Shown here piece by piece: positions 9,885 to 20,107 of a stretch of DNA of 64,000 bases (the stretch's first letter is position 1; the number at the start of each line of letters is the position of its first letter). Made by a program: the position numbers and the translations under genes. The DNA is from Mayamaea pseudoterrestris (taxonomy: Eukaryota): contig BROI01000014.1 in the NCBI GenBank assembly GCA_027923505.1, positions 372,001 through 436,000 of the forward strand, written 5' to 3'. The notes beneath the pieces were generated by a model. The model was not told where the DNA came from and did not search any database. It saw nothing but the letters and a program-made list of their open reading frames with translations.

Positions 9885-10640
9885 GTTAGAGTGAGCGTGG
9901 AAGAGGTTTGCATCGAAGAAACGTCGAATCCGAGAGAAACCTAGCGTATACCGCTACGACGTGTAAATGACTCAGCGATCATGAAAATGACTCGGCAGTC
10001 GCGTCAGCCAGTCGTGCATGACGGACGAGCTATCAGGCCAATCCTTGGCACCATGGAGACGTGAGGCTTTTAACCTACGGTAATAGGCTACCGTTTGCTC
10101 CATGAAGATGCACAAATATGTGTAAATTACAGAACTGTTTGTTGCGTCGATGCCTGCTCACTGGTTGTAGCCCCTCCACTCGTTGAGGAATCACCGTTCT
10201 GGGACGCTGCGGTGTGTTGCCAGATGCCTACGTACTGGTAGAGCTCACGTAAGATGACGTCGCTTTCTACCGGTATGTTCAAGTGCCTATGATATAAATA
10301 CAATCAAGGAAAGGGTAGAAGTAGTGCGTATGCTAGCCTGCTGCAAAAGAGTCGCTGGCAGTTTCGCTGACGGTCATTCTCAAAGCGAACCTGTGGGTTT
10401 CCATCGTCACACCGCGCTGACTCGGAATGCGTGGCACCGTTCCACGTAGATCAGTACCGGAACCAGCGTAGAATTTGAAAATGTCGCATGACGTGACGAA
10501 TGCCTTCTGCGTGGGCCAAAAAGCAATGACGCTGCATCACGAAATTGACAGCAGGCCTGAGGCACAGCGGGAACTTGAGACGAGAGACTTACTGCATCAC
10601 AATTCACCGGATAATCTTTCTCTCCAACATTAGAGCCGGC

Positions 10641-11570
10641 ATGACCATGTCCAACCCCATTGCAGCTGCAGCATCGTTGTTGGCCGACTTTCCGTCCGCG
10701 TACAAGCGCTCCTTTGAAGACTTTTGCGTCGACAGCTTCCACAGTGTGGCGACGCCAAGTTCCGATGACGACGAAGAAGATTCCATCTGCGACGATTCCG
10801 ACGAGGAGCGGGAGGAAAACAGCATGGTGCAAAGCATTGTTGCCGCAGCCATGGCGCAGCCAAAAGGTGGACTGGCTCGACTCTTGGACCAGCAACTTGT
10901 GAGAGGCGCCAAGAGGCAGCGCATGACGGAGCAGCATAAACCGAGGCATTTGGGGATTCACAGTGAATCTGCACCTGAACTTAACTTTGCGAATCTTGAA
11001 TCGAAACCAGTGACGCAGCAAACGGCAAACGTTGACTTTGAACGATGCAATCCCGACCAGAGACTGCAGTCCATGCTGCGGCGGCACGGCGTCTCCTACA
11101 AGACGGAGCCATCACTCAGTTTGACCAACTTTTTCACCAAACCATCCGAGTCCTATGACTTAAGTCTCATCCAAGCCGTTCGTAACCAAGACATTGACAC
11201 GCTTCGCCTCAAGATGAACCTTGGTCAAACGATGCAGTGCGCCAACACCTTTGGGCATACCTTGCTGCACACGGCGGCGCGCCGCGGCGCCACCGAGATT
11301 GTTCGCTTCTTTTTGACGGAGGCCAACGACGTGACGCCAAAGGTTGTTTGCGACATGGGACGAACGCCATTACATGACGCTTGCTGGACGGCGCAACCAA
11401 ACTTTTGCATTATTGAAATGCTGTTGGATGCTTCGCCGGATCTCTTGTTTCTGACAGATAAACGCGGTTTCACGCCAATGGCCTACGTGCCAAAGGAGCA
11501 TTGGCCAGACTGGTGCGTCTTTTTGGAGCAACGCGGCGTCGACAAGCTGCGACCGAGTGAGATTTTCTAA
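10641..11570 (+). CDS. Ankyrin-repeat protein
   Basis: Ankyrin motifs GHTLLHTAARRG, GRTPLHDACW and DKRGFTPM. First ATG at 10641. Confidence 0.85.
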   Translation: MTMSNPIAAAASLLADFPSAYKRSFEDFCVDSFHSVATPSSDDDEEDSICDDSDEEREENSMVQSIVAAAMAQPKGGLARLLDQQLVRGAKRQRMTEQHKPRHLGIHSESAPELNFANLESKPVTQQTANVDFERCNPDQRLQSMLRRHGVSYKTEPSLSLTNFFTKPSESYDLSLIQAVRNQDIDTLRLKMNLGQTMQCANTFGHTLLHTAARRGATEIVRFFLTEANDVTPKVVCDMGRTPLHDACWTAQPNFCIIEMLLDASPDLLFLTDKRGFTPMAYVPKEHWPDWCVFLEQRGVDKLRPSEIF

Positions 11571-11728
11571 AGACGTTCTTTTAGTAGTAGATGCGGTCCA
11601 TGGGTCGTTCATTGGGTATAGAAGCGAAAAATGTTCCTGAACATAGTGTAAATAACATCGCTAGCCAAAATTTTAGAGTCACGACTGTAATCAGTCTTTA
11701 ATCTTTAGTAAAAAGTATTGATACTCAT

Positions 11729-14008
11729 CTACCAGTGATCGCGGTCATCGCGATGCGCATGAAGCTTCACTTTCGTTTCGAACACTGCAGTACAAAAGTT
11801 GCAGCTCAAGAGGCCATGTACATCAAGGCAGTGCTTTCTTCGTTCACGAGGGTAAGTGAATTCATGATGGCACACTCCACAAACGAGATTCACCTCGCTC
11901 GCGATAACGGGTTTACCACGATGCGGTGTAGTATCCACCGACGACGACGTTGCGCCGTACGAGACGGTGCGGCTTCCTTCGGTCGACGCCAAACCACCAG
12001 CATGGTCAGCTAGGCCAAAATCTCGAAGCGTACTCGCCGATAACTTCGTCGCTGAAACATCACGAGACGGAGGAAGACTACCAGACTCTTCCCTTTCCAG
12101 CTGTTGAATGGCCGATTCCAATTCTCGCTTGCGCGCCGCGTGGTGAGCCAGTTGCTCTTCCACATCGGTTAGCTGGGAATGAAAAATGCTCTTGACGGAC
12201 CCATCCGATTCATTCCTGGAACTGGTTGACGAAAATGGGGCGGCAAACCGCACGGGCGGAGGAATCTTCATTGGAATGGCGCTCCTTGTCGTATTGGCAG
12301 ATGCATGCAGCGGATCCGAAAGTATTATGGACAGTTGCTTGGACGTGCACTCTGGGTAATTGGTGGAACTGTGCTCGTTGGCGCGAACAGTCACGAATCG
12401 AGCGCGACATTCAATCTGAATCGTCACTTTATTCTTCATGTACACAAGCTTGCCAGGCTCCGGTGCAAGCTTGGTCGTCAAACCTTCCATCAAGGACGCT
12501 ACGCCACGCACAAAGTCCTCCGTCCAGCCGTCGTGTTGTGTACTTTCACTACTAGTCGAGCGTTCGTTCAAGTCGCGTTCGGACGATTTCTGCACAGACA
12601 CCGATATCTTTCGTTCGACTCCAGTATCATTTGCGTGACACGTCCGCACGACTTCTAGCTGCCCGTCTTGCTCATTCGCTTGACATATCCAGTGATGCGG
12701 TCGGTCCGTGACGCGATAGTAGGTTGCTCCGTTAGACGCGACGCAAACATCGCTCGACAGCTCCGTGCCAGCGGCATACAACGTGGGTTCATCATTGTTT
12801 GCGTCATTCTTGTCTCGTAAAAAGTATCTTTGAATATTTTGGTTGGAACGTGAGGCGCAAAGGACTGGTCCAAGGCAAGGGTAGACTCCTTGGCTTTGAA
12901 CGTTCAGCGTCCATGCACCCTGTGCAACGCCAAGCTTTTGCATGATTGGTCTTCCCGCTTTATACTCAAAGACCCATCCCAGCCTTGGCAAGTAGAGAAA
13001 CGGTCCATTGGTTGGTGCATTGTCGGTATATGCTTCATACTCGTCGCTGCGTTTCTCCCGCACAACGACAGTGGCAAGCGTCACGTCGTTCGTTTCAACA
13101 ATGACACCCGTGCGACTCGCGTTTGAAACTGTGGGAGACGCGCGAATGGCGATTGGTTGCAGGGCAACATAGGCGAACAAACCAAACTGGATGCATGACT
13201 CTGGAATCAATGGTTCGTGTTCCAAGTTTAATCGATCATGTTGTCGTGTTGGACTGCTTTCGTCGTCAAGCTGCTCGTGAGTACTCATGCCATTGTCGTA
13301 ACTTTCATCCGCATTAGTGTCACTCAAAGCCTGACGCGTCACCCATCCTTGCGTTCCGTCGCTTAGCCGCACGTGATACCAGTCTGTATCCTTGTGTTTC
13401 AATTTGATTTCGCAAATCACCTTTTGCAGTGGATCCAGCGTGCGCAGCATTGCCGAAGAAACGTTTGGATGCGTCCGCAGCTCCACCGTTAGGCTTGGAT
13501 GCACGTAACATATTGAAGATGCTACCGGTAGTCGCGTCACGGGTAGCTGTTCGCAAATGGTTTGCAGCAACGTTCCGGCGCCGACGGCCTTGTTTTCAAA
13601 AATGTAGCCACTGCCATCGGCTAGTTTCAAGTAGGGACCCGTCTTGTATTTATGATTGGTACTAGTACTAATAGTCAGTGATTCATCAGTCACATGTTCT
13701 TTCACTGGATAGGCTGCCACAAGCTGACCCTTTGGCAAAATGTAGTCGTCGATCCGCGCATGTTCGCATGGCTCGCTGCGGACCTGGACGTGACGGGCGG
13801 TAATCTCGTAGACGCCAAGTTGACTGCTGCCGACGTCATTGCAAATTTCTGGAACGACATGACTCATCTGCTTGACATTGTCAGGTTCATGCAAGTGGCT
13901 GCTCATGTTCAGGTCCCAGCAATCAATCGGTTGCTTGGTGATGGAGGCAGCATCCATCAACTGCGAGAGCTTTCGTGTGAGCGAAACGGGTGAGTCACGA
14001 TGTGACAT
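11729..14008 (-). CDS. Multi-SH3b-like repeat / coiled-coil / C2H2 zinc-finger protein (paralogue B)
   Basis: 759-aa ORF sharing GPYLKLADG, DPLQKV, GLFA, GPF and GWTEDFVRG with the 2703-4739 gene. SH3b-like LRTHPNVSSAMLRTL...DWYHVRLSDGTQGWV. Two C2H2 fingers at the C-terminus. Confidence 0.8.
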   Translation of the reverse strand: MSHRDSPVSLTRKLSQLMDAASITKQPIDCWDLNMSSHLHEPDNVKQMSHVVPEICNDVGSSQLGVYEITARHVQVRSEPCEHARIDDYILPKGQLVAAYPVKEHVTDESLTISTSTNHKYKTGPYLKLADGSGYIFENKAVGAGTLLQTICEQLPVTRLPVASSICYVHPSLTVELRTHPNVSSAMLRTLDPLQKVICEIKLKHKDTDWYHVRLSDGTQGWVTRQALSDTNADESYDNGMSTHEQLDDESSPTRQHDRLNLEHEPLIPESCIQFGLFAYVALQPIAIRASPTVSNASRTGVIVETNDVTLATVVVREKRSDEYEAYTDNAPTNGPFLYLPRLGWVFEYKAGRPIMQKLGVAQGAWTLNVQSQGVYPCLGPVLCASRSNQNIQRYFLRDKNDANNDEPTLYAAGTELSSDVCVASNGATYYRVTDRPHHWICQANEQDGQLEVVRTCHANDTGVERKISVSVQKSSERDLNERSTSSESTQHDGWTEDFVRGVASLMEGLTTKLAPEPGKLVYMKNKVTIQIECRARFVTVRANEHSSTNYPECTSKQLSIILSDPLHASANTTRSAIPMKIPPPVRFAAPFSSTSSRNESDGSVKSIFHSQLTDVEEQLAHHAARKRELESAIQQLEREESGSLPPSRDVSATKLSASTLRDFGLADHAGGLASTEGSRTVSYGATSSSVDTTPHRGKPVIASEVNLVCGVCHHEFTYPRERRKHCLDVHGLLSCNFCTAVFETKVKLHAHRDDRDHW

Positions 14009-14165
14009 GTAGTGGGTAACGGGACGACAGACTCACAGCGTATCGCATCGGTTTTCGGGTCCGTTTCCTAATTGACAACTGTCACCATGGAAATTCCTCG
14101 CCAGTGAATGCAATCGAGAATTGTCTGTACTACCATATATTCCAGTCAATCTTGTATCACCGACC

Positions 14166-15298
14166 ATGTTGTCGACTGCTTCTCGCTTGCTATCAGCCGC
14201 TGCTCGACAAAGAAACAGCAGTGGCTCGATTACATGGTGCAGTGTCTCGTCGATTCGCTTCATGTCGCAGCATACGAAACAAACGGTCCTGGTCCTTGGT
14301 TCGAGCGGCGCGTTGGGCTCGGTCGTTTCCAAGCATTTGAGCAGTCACATGACTGTGGTGGGAGCTGATGTTGTGGAGATTCCAAGTTCCTTTACGGGAG
14401 ACTGGGAGGTGAGTGATGAAAAGTTGTATGCTTCTGTCGTTGTTTGTCATCAATGTAGAATGCTCTTGTCATCAATGCATGCAATCCGTCTTTGCTTGTC
14501 AAGATCGACGTTCGAGTTTAAGCAAGTCAATAAAGACTTGTTCTAACGAATTCACTCTTTATTAACCACAAGCTCGATGGATTTATCACTCTGCCACGCG
14601 ATGGCGACTTGACGGAAATGACGCTGCAACTAGTTCGAGGTGTCAATCACTTTTTGAATGGCAGCAGCAGCAGCAGCAGCAGCTCGCAATCCGGTCTTGA
14701 CGCCATTGTCGTGGCTAGTGGTGGCTGGAGCCCCGATTTAAAGGAAGATGCGCAACGCCAACCAACAACGGAACAATTGCTGGAAGATAATGTCATTGCA
14801 TACTGCTCCACCATTGACGACATGCGACGCAAAAACTTGAATCCATGCTTGGCGAGCGGATACGTGGCGCAGCACTTCATGAATCCATTTGGTCTATTCG
14901 TCGTCATTGGAGCCACGGCAGCCTTGCAGCCTTCACCCGGCATGCTAGGCTACGGCCTCAGCAAGGCGGCGGCTCACTACTACGTGCAAACGCTGGGCGC
15001 GTGCACGAAACAGTCACTCGACAGCAAGTCGGTGCGCAAGGTGGGCACCAAGGCGCGGCAAGGCAAACACACTGATACACTGTCAGTAATTGGTATTTTG
15101 CCAACGACGATTGACACGGATGCCAACCGTCGAGCGTTTCCGCATGGCGACTATAAAGACTGGGTGCGGCCCGTGGACATTGCCACGAAAATTGCAAGCT
15201 GGATCGATGAACCGGCGTTGCGACCACACTCTGGAAGTCTCGTCAAGGTCCGACCCGCGGAGCAGCAGCAGGGTGCTTCGTTTGAACTCGTGCGATAA
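14166..15298 (+). CDS. QDPR: Dihydropteridine reductase (QDPR-like SDR), 2 exons (14166-14408, 14573-15298)
   Basis: Rossmann motif VLVLGSSGALGS, then VASGGW, GATAALQPSPGMLGYGLSKAA (YxxxK) and ILPTTIDTDANR, all typical of DHPR. Intron 14409-14572 is GT..AG and keeps the frame. Confidence 0.85.
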
Positions 15299-15392
15299 TG
15301 ATGATAATAAAAAAATCTCGTCAAGGTCCGACCCGTGGAGCAGCAGCAGGGGGCTTCGTTTGGACTAGTGCGATAAAGATGATAATAAAAAA
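15238..15392 (+). repeat. Tandem duplication (78/77 nt) of the QDPR 3' end and A-rich tract
   Basis: 15238-15315 and 15316-15392 both read TCTCGTCAAGGTCCGACCCG...GCGATAA.GATGATAATAAAAAA, differing by 5 substitutions and one A. Confidence 0.95.
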
Positions 15393-15441
15393 TTATAGTA
15401 GGAAAATGTACATATACCGTAGAGCAAGTTGTAAGCGTGGA

Positions 15442-18384
15442 CTACTTTGCCTTTGATGCAGCTCGGAGTCGCTCCAATGCTCCCTGCGCTGTAGACTTCG
15501 TTTCTTCTTCGCTTGTCTTCCTCATAACAACAGTCTCGGCAAGCACGTTAGGCGTATTTTTTATATTTTCTTCCGCAGCAGCGCCTTCTGCTGCCGCCTG
15601 TTCAATTTCAGCGTCCAAGTCGTCCAAATCAATATCAATTTCGGCATCATCGCGAGTATCATCTCTAACGTCACTAGCCTCGTTACTAACGGCCGTAGCT
15701 TTCCTTAACTTTGCGACGCGATCCTCAACGTCATCCAAGCTGGCAGCTGCCGCGGTGCGCTTGGCCGAAACAAAACCGGCAATGCCTGTGGAGGCCGCCG
15801 GTTGGTCGAGGTCAAGACCTTCTTGGCTGGCAATCATTTTCATCGCTTCCTCATCCGTCAAAGTACTAGTCTTGTCCGACATTCCTGCAGCATTATAGTT
15901 GATTGTCGAAAAGGCAGCTTCAACACTTCGTTTAACTCGAAGCATTTCGCGAAAGGTTTCCTCATTACCATGCGCAATTTCAAACTCGTTCCACTCCTTC
16001 CAGTACTCCGGCATGCGTCGAGGGTCCGCCATTTGAGCGCCATACGCAAGAATAACCCGAGCACGTTCCGTCTCCTGGAGTGTTGTCTCCATTTTGAAGA
16101 AATCAATGCATATTTTGGCTGCATCCTGATCCTTCAACTTGTCAATCGCATTCTGGTAAATGTCTCGCGTCGCCGTTAGACCCATATATTTGGTAGTCTT
16201 GGCAATGTATAGCCGAAAAGCTGTCAGCTTTTCAGATTGGGGTACTTTATCACACATTCGTCGATAGACTGACAGTGCGCGTTTCAACAGCCCATGCTCT
16301 TCTTCAAATTCACCATTCATCAAAAAGAAGGGCGTACATTCTTCCGATGGACACGTTTCTAGACAGCGCTGGAAAAGGTCGCGTGTCCTCTCCACTTTTG
16401 TGCCTATATACCGATCGAGAAACGCCTTCAAGTAGGCTTTCCAAATCAACTTGGCACCTGGATTGGGAAAGGCAAAAAGCTCAACGCCTCGTTCATACGC
16501 AGAAAATGACTCTTCAAAGTACTTGTGTTCAATGAGAAAGCCGCCAAAGTTGAGCACATGTTGCGCAGTGGCAGCTTTGATTTCCAAAACGCGGTTATAC
16601 GCATCCTTCGCAGTCTGAACCGTTCCCAAGCTTTCTTCCAGATCGAGCAACAAGTCCCACAGTTTTAATGATCTATTTAAGCGAAGCGTTCCCTTGCCTC
16701 CAGCGGCAGGCGCTCCTGGACCAGGAGCAACAGACTGCCGAGCCAAGCTAAGTGCTGTGTCCCACTGTTCCTGGCGCAGCTCAAACTCGATCCACGCCAC
16801 CCAGCAATCTGCCAAGTCATCCGCATTGCGAAATGCATACACGTGTTGGTTGCAAATGCGATCGAACAAATCACGCGCCATGGAAGCTCCCTCATGCTCG
16901 TAATTGTGTTCGTATGCTTCAGCAAGTTTGATGACAATCTGCGAGGGAGATCCATTCACAGCACGCGTCGCATCCACAGTCTTGAGTGCTTCTTCCAACG
17001 TATGACAAGCCTGGTTCGGCTGATTCTGATCCAAATACAGTTGAGCTCGCGTGAGCCATTCCTGTACGTTGTTGGGATTCTGCCGAAGCAACACGGCGTT
17101 TAGAAGCAATGGGCGACGGCTTGTCAAATGCTCTGCCCGTGCCAGTGCCCACTCCATGTCAGCAACAAGCTTGCTGCTGTTCGTCTTGTTTGCATCCTTC
17201 GACGCGTACAACAAAATGTCCCAGTCTTCATCGTCTTCCATGGACTCGCCAGCCGCATCACCACTATTTGCGTCCTCCTCCAAACTGGCCGACGCAGCCT
17301 CCAACAAGCCTTGCTCAAGCTCCAAGTAAGCTTCAAACAAGACTGCAAAGTCAGCGACGCGATCCACTGCCATGATTCCTTCCTCGTAAATGCTACGAGC
17401 AAGCTCAAACTGACCCTGGCGGATATACGAGTCGGCCAGCTGCGTCCACAAGTAGCCCTTCGATAGAACTTGCTGTTGCGCCTTGTCGGTGGTTGCAGCA
17501 TCGCCCGCCGCCGGTGCCTGCTTGGTTGGTTTTTCATCCAACGCTGCGCGCACAATATCGCGCCAGGGAATATCGGATACATCGTTGGGATGCTGGCTGC
17601 ACACTGTCACAAACGAACTCCAAACTTGCTGGTATGTTTCATCGCCGCTAATTTCCGACTTGTTCAAAAGCTGCTGATACAACTGCGCCGCCGCTTGCCA
17701 CTTTGAGTGATTCACATAATAGTCGGCAACAATCTCCATGCGCTCACTGAGACTGGCAAACTGGGAGTAGCGTTGCAGCAAGCAAACAACGGATCGGATC
17801 GGCAGTATGCATTCCTTGTCTCTGATAATGGCAAGTATGACTGGCCACAACTTTTCGTGCTGCGTGACAGCCACTGCCTGCAAGGATTTGTTGATAGTGC
17901 GGCGCAGCAATGTTGCCGACGTTGCTGTCGACTTTGCCAACTCCTCCAAGTACAGCATCCAGACGCGTGGATAAGCATGCAGGGTCCAGAGTGCTCGCTC
18001 CAAGCACTTGAGCAAGCGCGACGAATCATGAGGTGCAGCGATGCGATCGGTTTGCTGGCGCTCCCATGCCATGAGAAACTCCCACTGTCGCTTCCAGAGT
18101 TTGTAGCTGCGCGACAGCAACGCCAGCGCTCGTCTACCAATCCAGTCGCGGAGCTGACGATACGACTGTAATCGCTGCGCCATGTCCGTTTGCTTGTTCT
18201 TGCTGCTCGAGCTGCTGCAATCCATGATGATTTCCTCAATGGCATCCATGTATTGACACCAGTACGTGACGCTATAGGGCTGCTTCGTCACGGCATTTTC
18301 GTGCGAGTGCAGTGACTCGTTCGAAGCCAGCAAGTCAATGCAGGCTTGCTGCCAAGACGACGGCGCAGCTGCGAGAGACGTCAT
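15442..18384 (-). CDS. SYF1: Pre-mRNA splicing factor SYF1/XAB2 (HAT repeats)
   Basis: RSYKLWK, RRPLLLNAVLLRQNPNNVQEW, SLKLWDLLLDLEESLG, FEESFSAYERGV, FEIAHGNEETFREMLRVKRSV. Confidence 0.95.
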   Translation of the reverse strand: MTSLAAAPSSWQQACIDLLASNESLHSHENAVTKQPYSVTYWCQYMDAIEEIIMDCSSSSSKNKQTDMAQRLQSYRQLRDWIGRRALALLSRSYKLWKRQWEFLMAWERQQTDRIAAPHDSSRLLKCLERALWTLHAYPRVWMLYLEELAKSTATSATLLRRTINKSLQAVAVTQHEKLWPVILAIIRDKECILPIRSVVCLLQRYSQFASLSERMEIVADYYVNHSKWQAAAQLYQQLLNKSEISGDETYQQVWSSFVTVCSQHPNDVSDIPWRDIVRAALDEKPTKQAPAAGDAATTDKAQQQVLSKGYLWTQLADSYIRQGQFELARSIYEEGIMAVDRVADFAVLFEAYLELEQGLLEAASASLEEDANSGDAAGESMEDDEDWDILLYASKDANKTNSSKLVADMEWALARAEHLTSRRPLLLNAVLLRQNPNNVQEWLTRAQLYLDQNQPNQACHTLEEALKTVDATRAVNGSPSQIVIKLAEAYEHNYEHEGASMARDLFDRICNQHVYAFRNADDLADCWVAWIEFELRQEQWDTALSLARQSVAPGPGAPAAGGKGTLRLNRSLKLWDLLLDLEESLGTVQTAKDAYNRVLEIKAATAQHVLNFGGFLIEHKYFEESFSAYERGVELFAFPNPGAKLIWKAYLKAFLDRYIGTKVERTRDLFQRCLETCPSEECTPFFLMNGEFEEEHGLLKRALSVYRRMCDKVPQSEKLTAFRLYIAKTTKYMGLTATRDIYQNAIDKLKDQDAAKICIDFFKMETTLQETERARVILAYGAQMADPRRMPEYWKEWNEFEIAHGNEETFREMLRVKRSVEAAFSTINYNAAGMSDKTSTLTDEEAMKMIASQEGLDLDQPAASTGIAGFVSAKRTAAAASLDDVEDRVAKLRKATAVSNEASDVRDDTRDDAEIDIDLDDLDAEIEQAAAEGAAAEENIKNTPNVLAETVVMRKTSEEETKSTAQGALERLRAASKAK

Positions 18385-18636
18385 GGTGAATTGTGTGTCG
18401 GGAAATCGAAACGCGATGGTGGTGGTGCATGTCGGAGTAGAGGCATTTCATTACCGCTTCTAGTGTCCGTGACTCGACGTCACGAAGAGCGCGCGGCGCA
18501 CCCATTTCAGCGAGCGCTCCGGGCAACGCATCGAGCGCACCTCCACCACGTCGCTCACAACATTCCGGCTGCTCACAATTTCAAATTTCGCGATCCAACC
18601 TTTCGTCTCCCTCCAACCGAAACTAAAGATTCTACC

Positions 18637-19761
18637 ATGGCGACCAGCAACCGCAAGCAGCAACTAGACTACCAACAGCGCATGAACCAGTCGACAAGCA
18701 GTTTCGGCAATGTCAATGCCGCCTCCAAGACACCCACCAAGTTGCGGTCCTCCTTTTCGAGTGTCAAGACGAGGGGAGCTTCGGCGCTCAAGTCCGTCCT
18801 TTCATCCAAGAAGGATGCACCCAGCAGTCCAACGGTTGTGTCCGTCTCGGAGAGCTCCGTCGAAGTGGAGGCCCGTAGCGATGCTCCCTCCACAAGGCTC
18901 CAGTCGTTGACGAACAAGCAGCAGCTAGGCAACGGTAATGCCTTGACCAAGGCAGCTCGCCGCATGTCGGCTCCATCCAACGTTACCAACAAGCAGCCAT
19001 CTGCCGCTGCTGCTGCCAAGTCCAAAAAGACAAGCGAGGATGAGTCCAAGATGAAGAAGCAACGTCGCGCGACCATCAACGCTGCGACTGCAACCATGCA
19101 AGCCGCCAAGTCCGCGGCCAAGGTTGGCACGCGACTCAGTCGCCGCGCCTCCACTGGCGCTGCCGCCACCGTTGACCTCACCGAGTTTGTCCAGCTCGAC
19201 AAGACCAAGCGCCGCGAAACCTTGGCCATCTTGGATCCCCAGCAGGTGGAACACTTGTTTGTGGAAAGCTCGCGCAAGCTCTTGGCCAAGAAAACCTCGC
19301 TCCAAAAGCAACTCGACGAACTGCAGGAGCAGCACGTTTCCGAAACCCGCCGCCTCCAGGAGCAACTGGTCGACGCCAACATGCGTCTCAAGCAGCGCGA
19401 GCTGGTTCATGCGCAGCGCCAGGCCAACCAGTCGAGCTCGCTGCAGCAGGAGCACCAGCGGCTGCACCAGGAAATGGTGGCGGCGCAATGCAACTTTGAC
19501 AAGCAAGCGTCGGAACTAGAGATCAAGTCATTGACATTGATGGAGCAGATTGCTGAGATGAAGTACATGATTGAGCATGTTCAAGAGTATGAGGACCAAG
19601 CTGACGAGGCCACGTACATGTCGTTTCAGCTCATGATGCTCCTGGCAGTGGGTGTGGCAGCCGTCTGGGTGCCAGTGGCCTGCGCTGCTGCAGGTGGTGA
19701 TACTGGATTGCTTCCCTCCCTTGCCACGAGCTTACCCTCCCTTTGGACCTTTGGAGGGTAA
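18637..19761 (+). CDS. Basic/disordered N-terminus, coiled coil and C-terminal TM helix (tail-anchored-like) protein
   Basis: ATG at 18637 (MATSNRKQ). Q/E-rich heptads. Hydrophobic segment FQLMMLLAVGVAAVWVPVACAAA near the C-terminus. Confidence 0.7.
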   Translation: MATSNRKQQLDYQQRMNQSTSSFGNVNAASKTPTKLRSSFSSVKTRGASALKSVLSSKKDAPSSPTVVSVSESSVEVEARSDAPSTRLQSLTNKQQLGNGNALTKAARRMSAPSNVTNKQPSAAAAAKSKKTSEDESKMKKQRRATINAATATMQAAKSAAKVGTRLSRRASTGAAATVDLTEFVQLDKTKRRETLAILDPQQVEHLFVESSRKLLAKKTSLQKQLDELQEQHVSETRRLQEQLVDANMRLKQRELVHAQRQANQSSSLQQEHQRLHQEMVAAQCNFDKQASELEIKSLTLMEQIAEMKYMIEHVQEYEDQADEATYMSFQLMMLLAVGVAAVWVPVACAAAGGDTGLLPSLATSLPSLWTFGG

Positions 19762-20107
19762 AACTACAAGTGATTTGTGTGTTTAGTGGAGTGATGCCAC
19801 GGGTGAACCATGTAAGCGTGTGTGGCTATCCCGTGTTCATGTTGATTCAAAAGGTGCTTGCCATTGGCGCACTATAGATGTTTTTGAGGCCAACGATATA
19901 TAACGCTTATATAGAGAGAAAATGTGCTATTTGTAACATCAACCGCATGTGTGAATTATGTCTGCTTTTCCAGCAGGCATACTCACCGTAGCTGAGTGTC
20001 GCATGCGACACGCACCCTAAGCCATCGATTGCGCAGATATTGAATTTTCGACCATGGTCACTTTGATTTGTTCTGTCAAACTTGTACCTTAGATCCTAGA
20101 GGCAACC

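Noticed and set aside
10407..11087. 226-aa antisense ORF
   Set aside because: Overlaps the ankyrin gene, starts at a non-ATG codon, and has no recognisable features.
14660..14683. (CAG/AGC)n tracts here and near 34152 and 53503
   Set aside because: Ordinary poly-Ser/poly-Gln coding microsatellites.
18669..19506. Long antisense ORFs (240 and 193 aa)
   Set aside because: Opposite a biased-codon coiled-coil gene; typical shadow ORFs.
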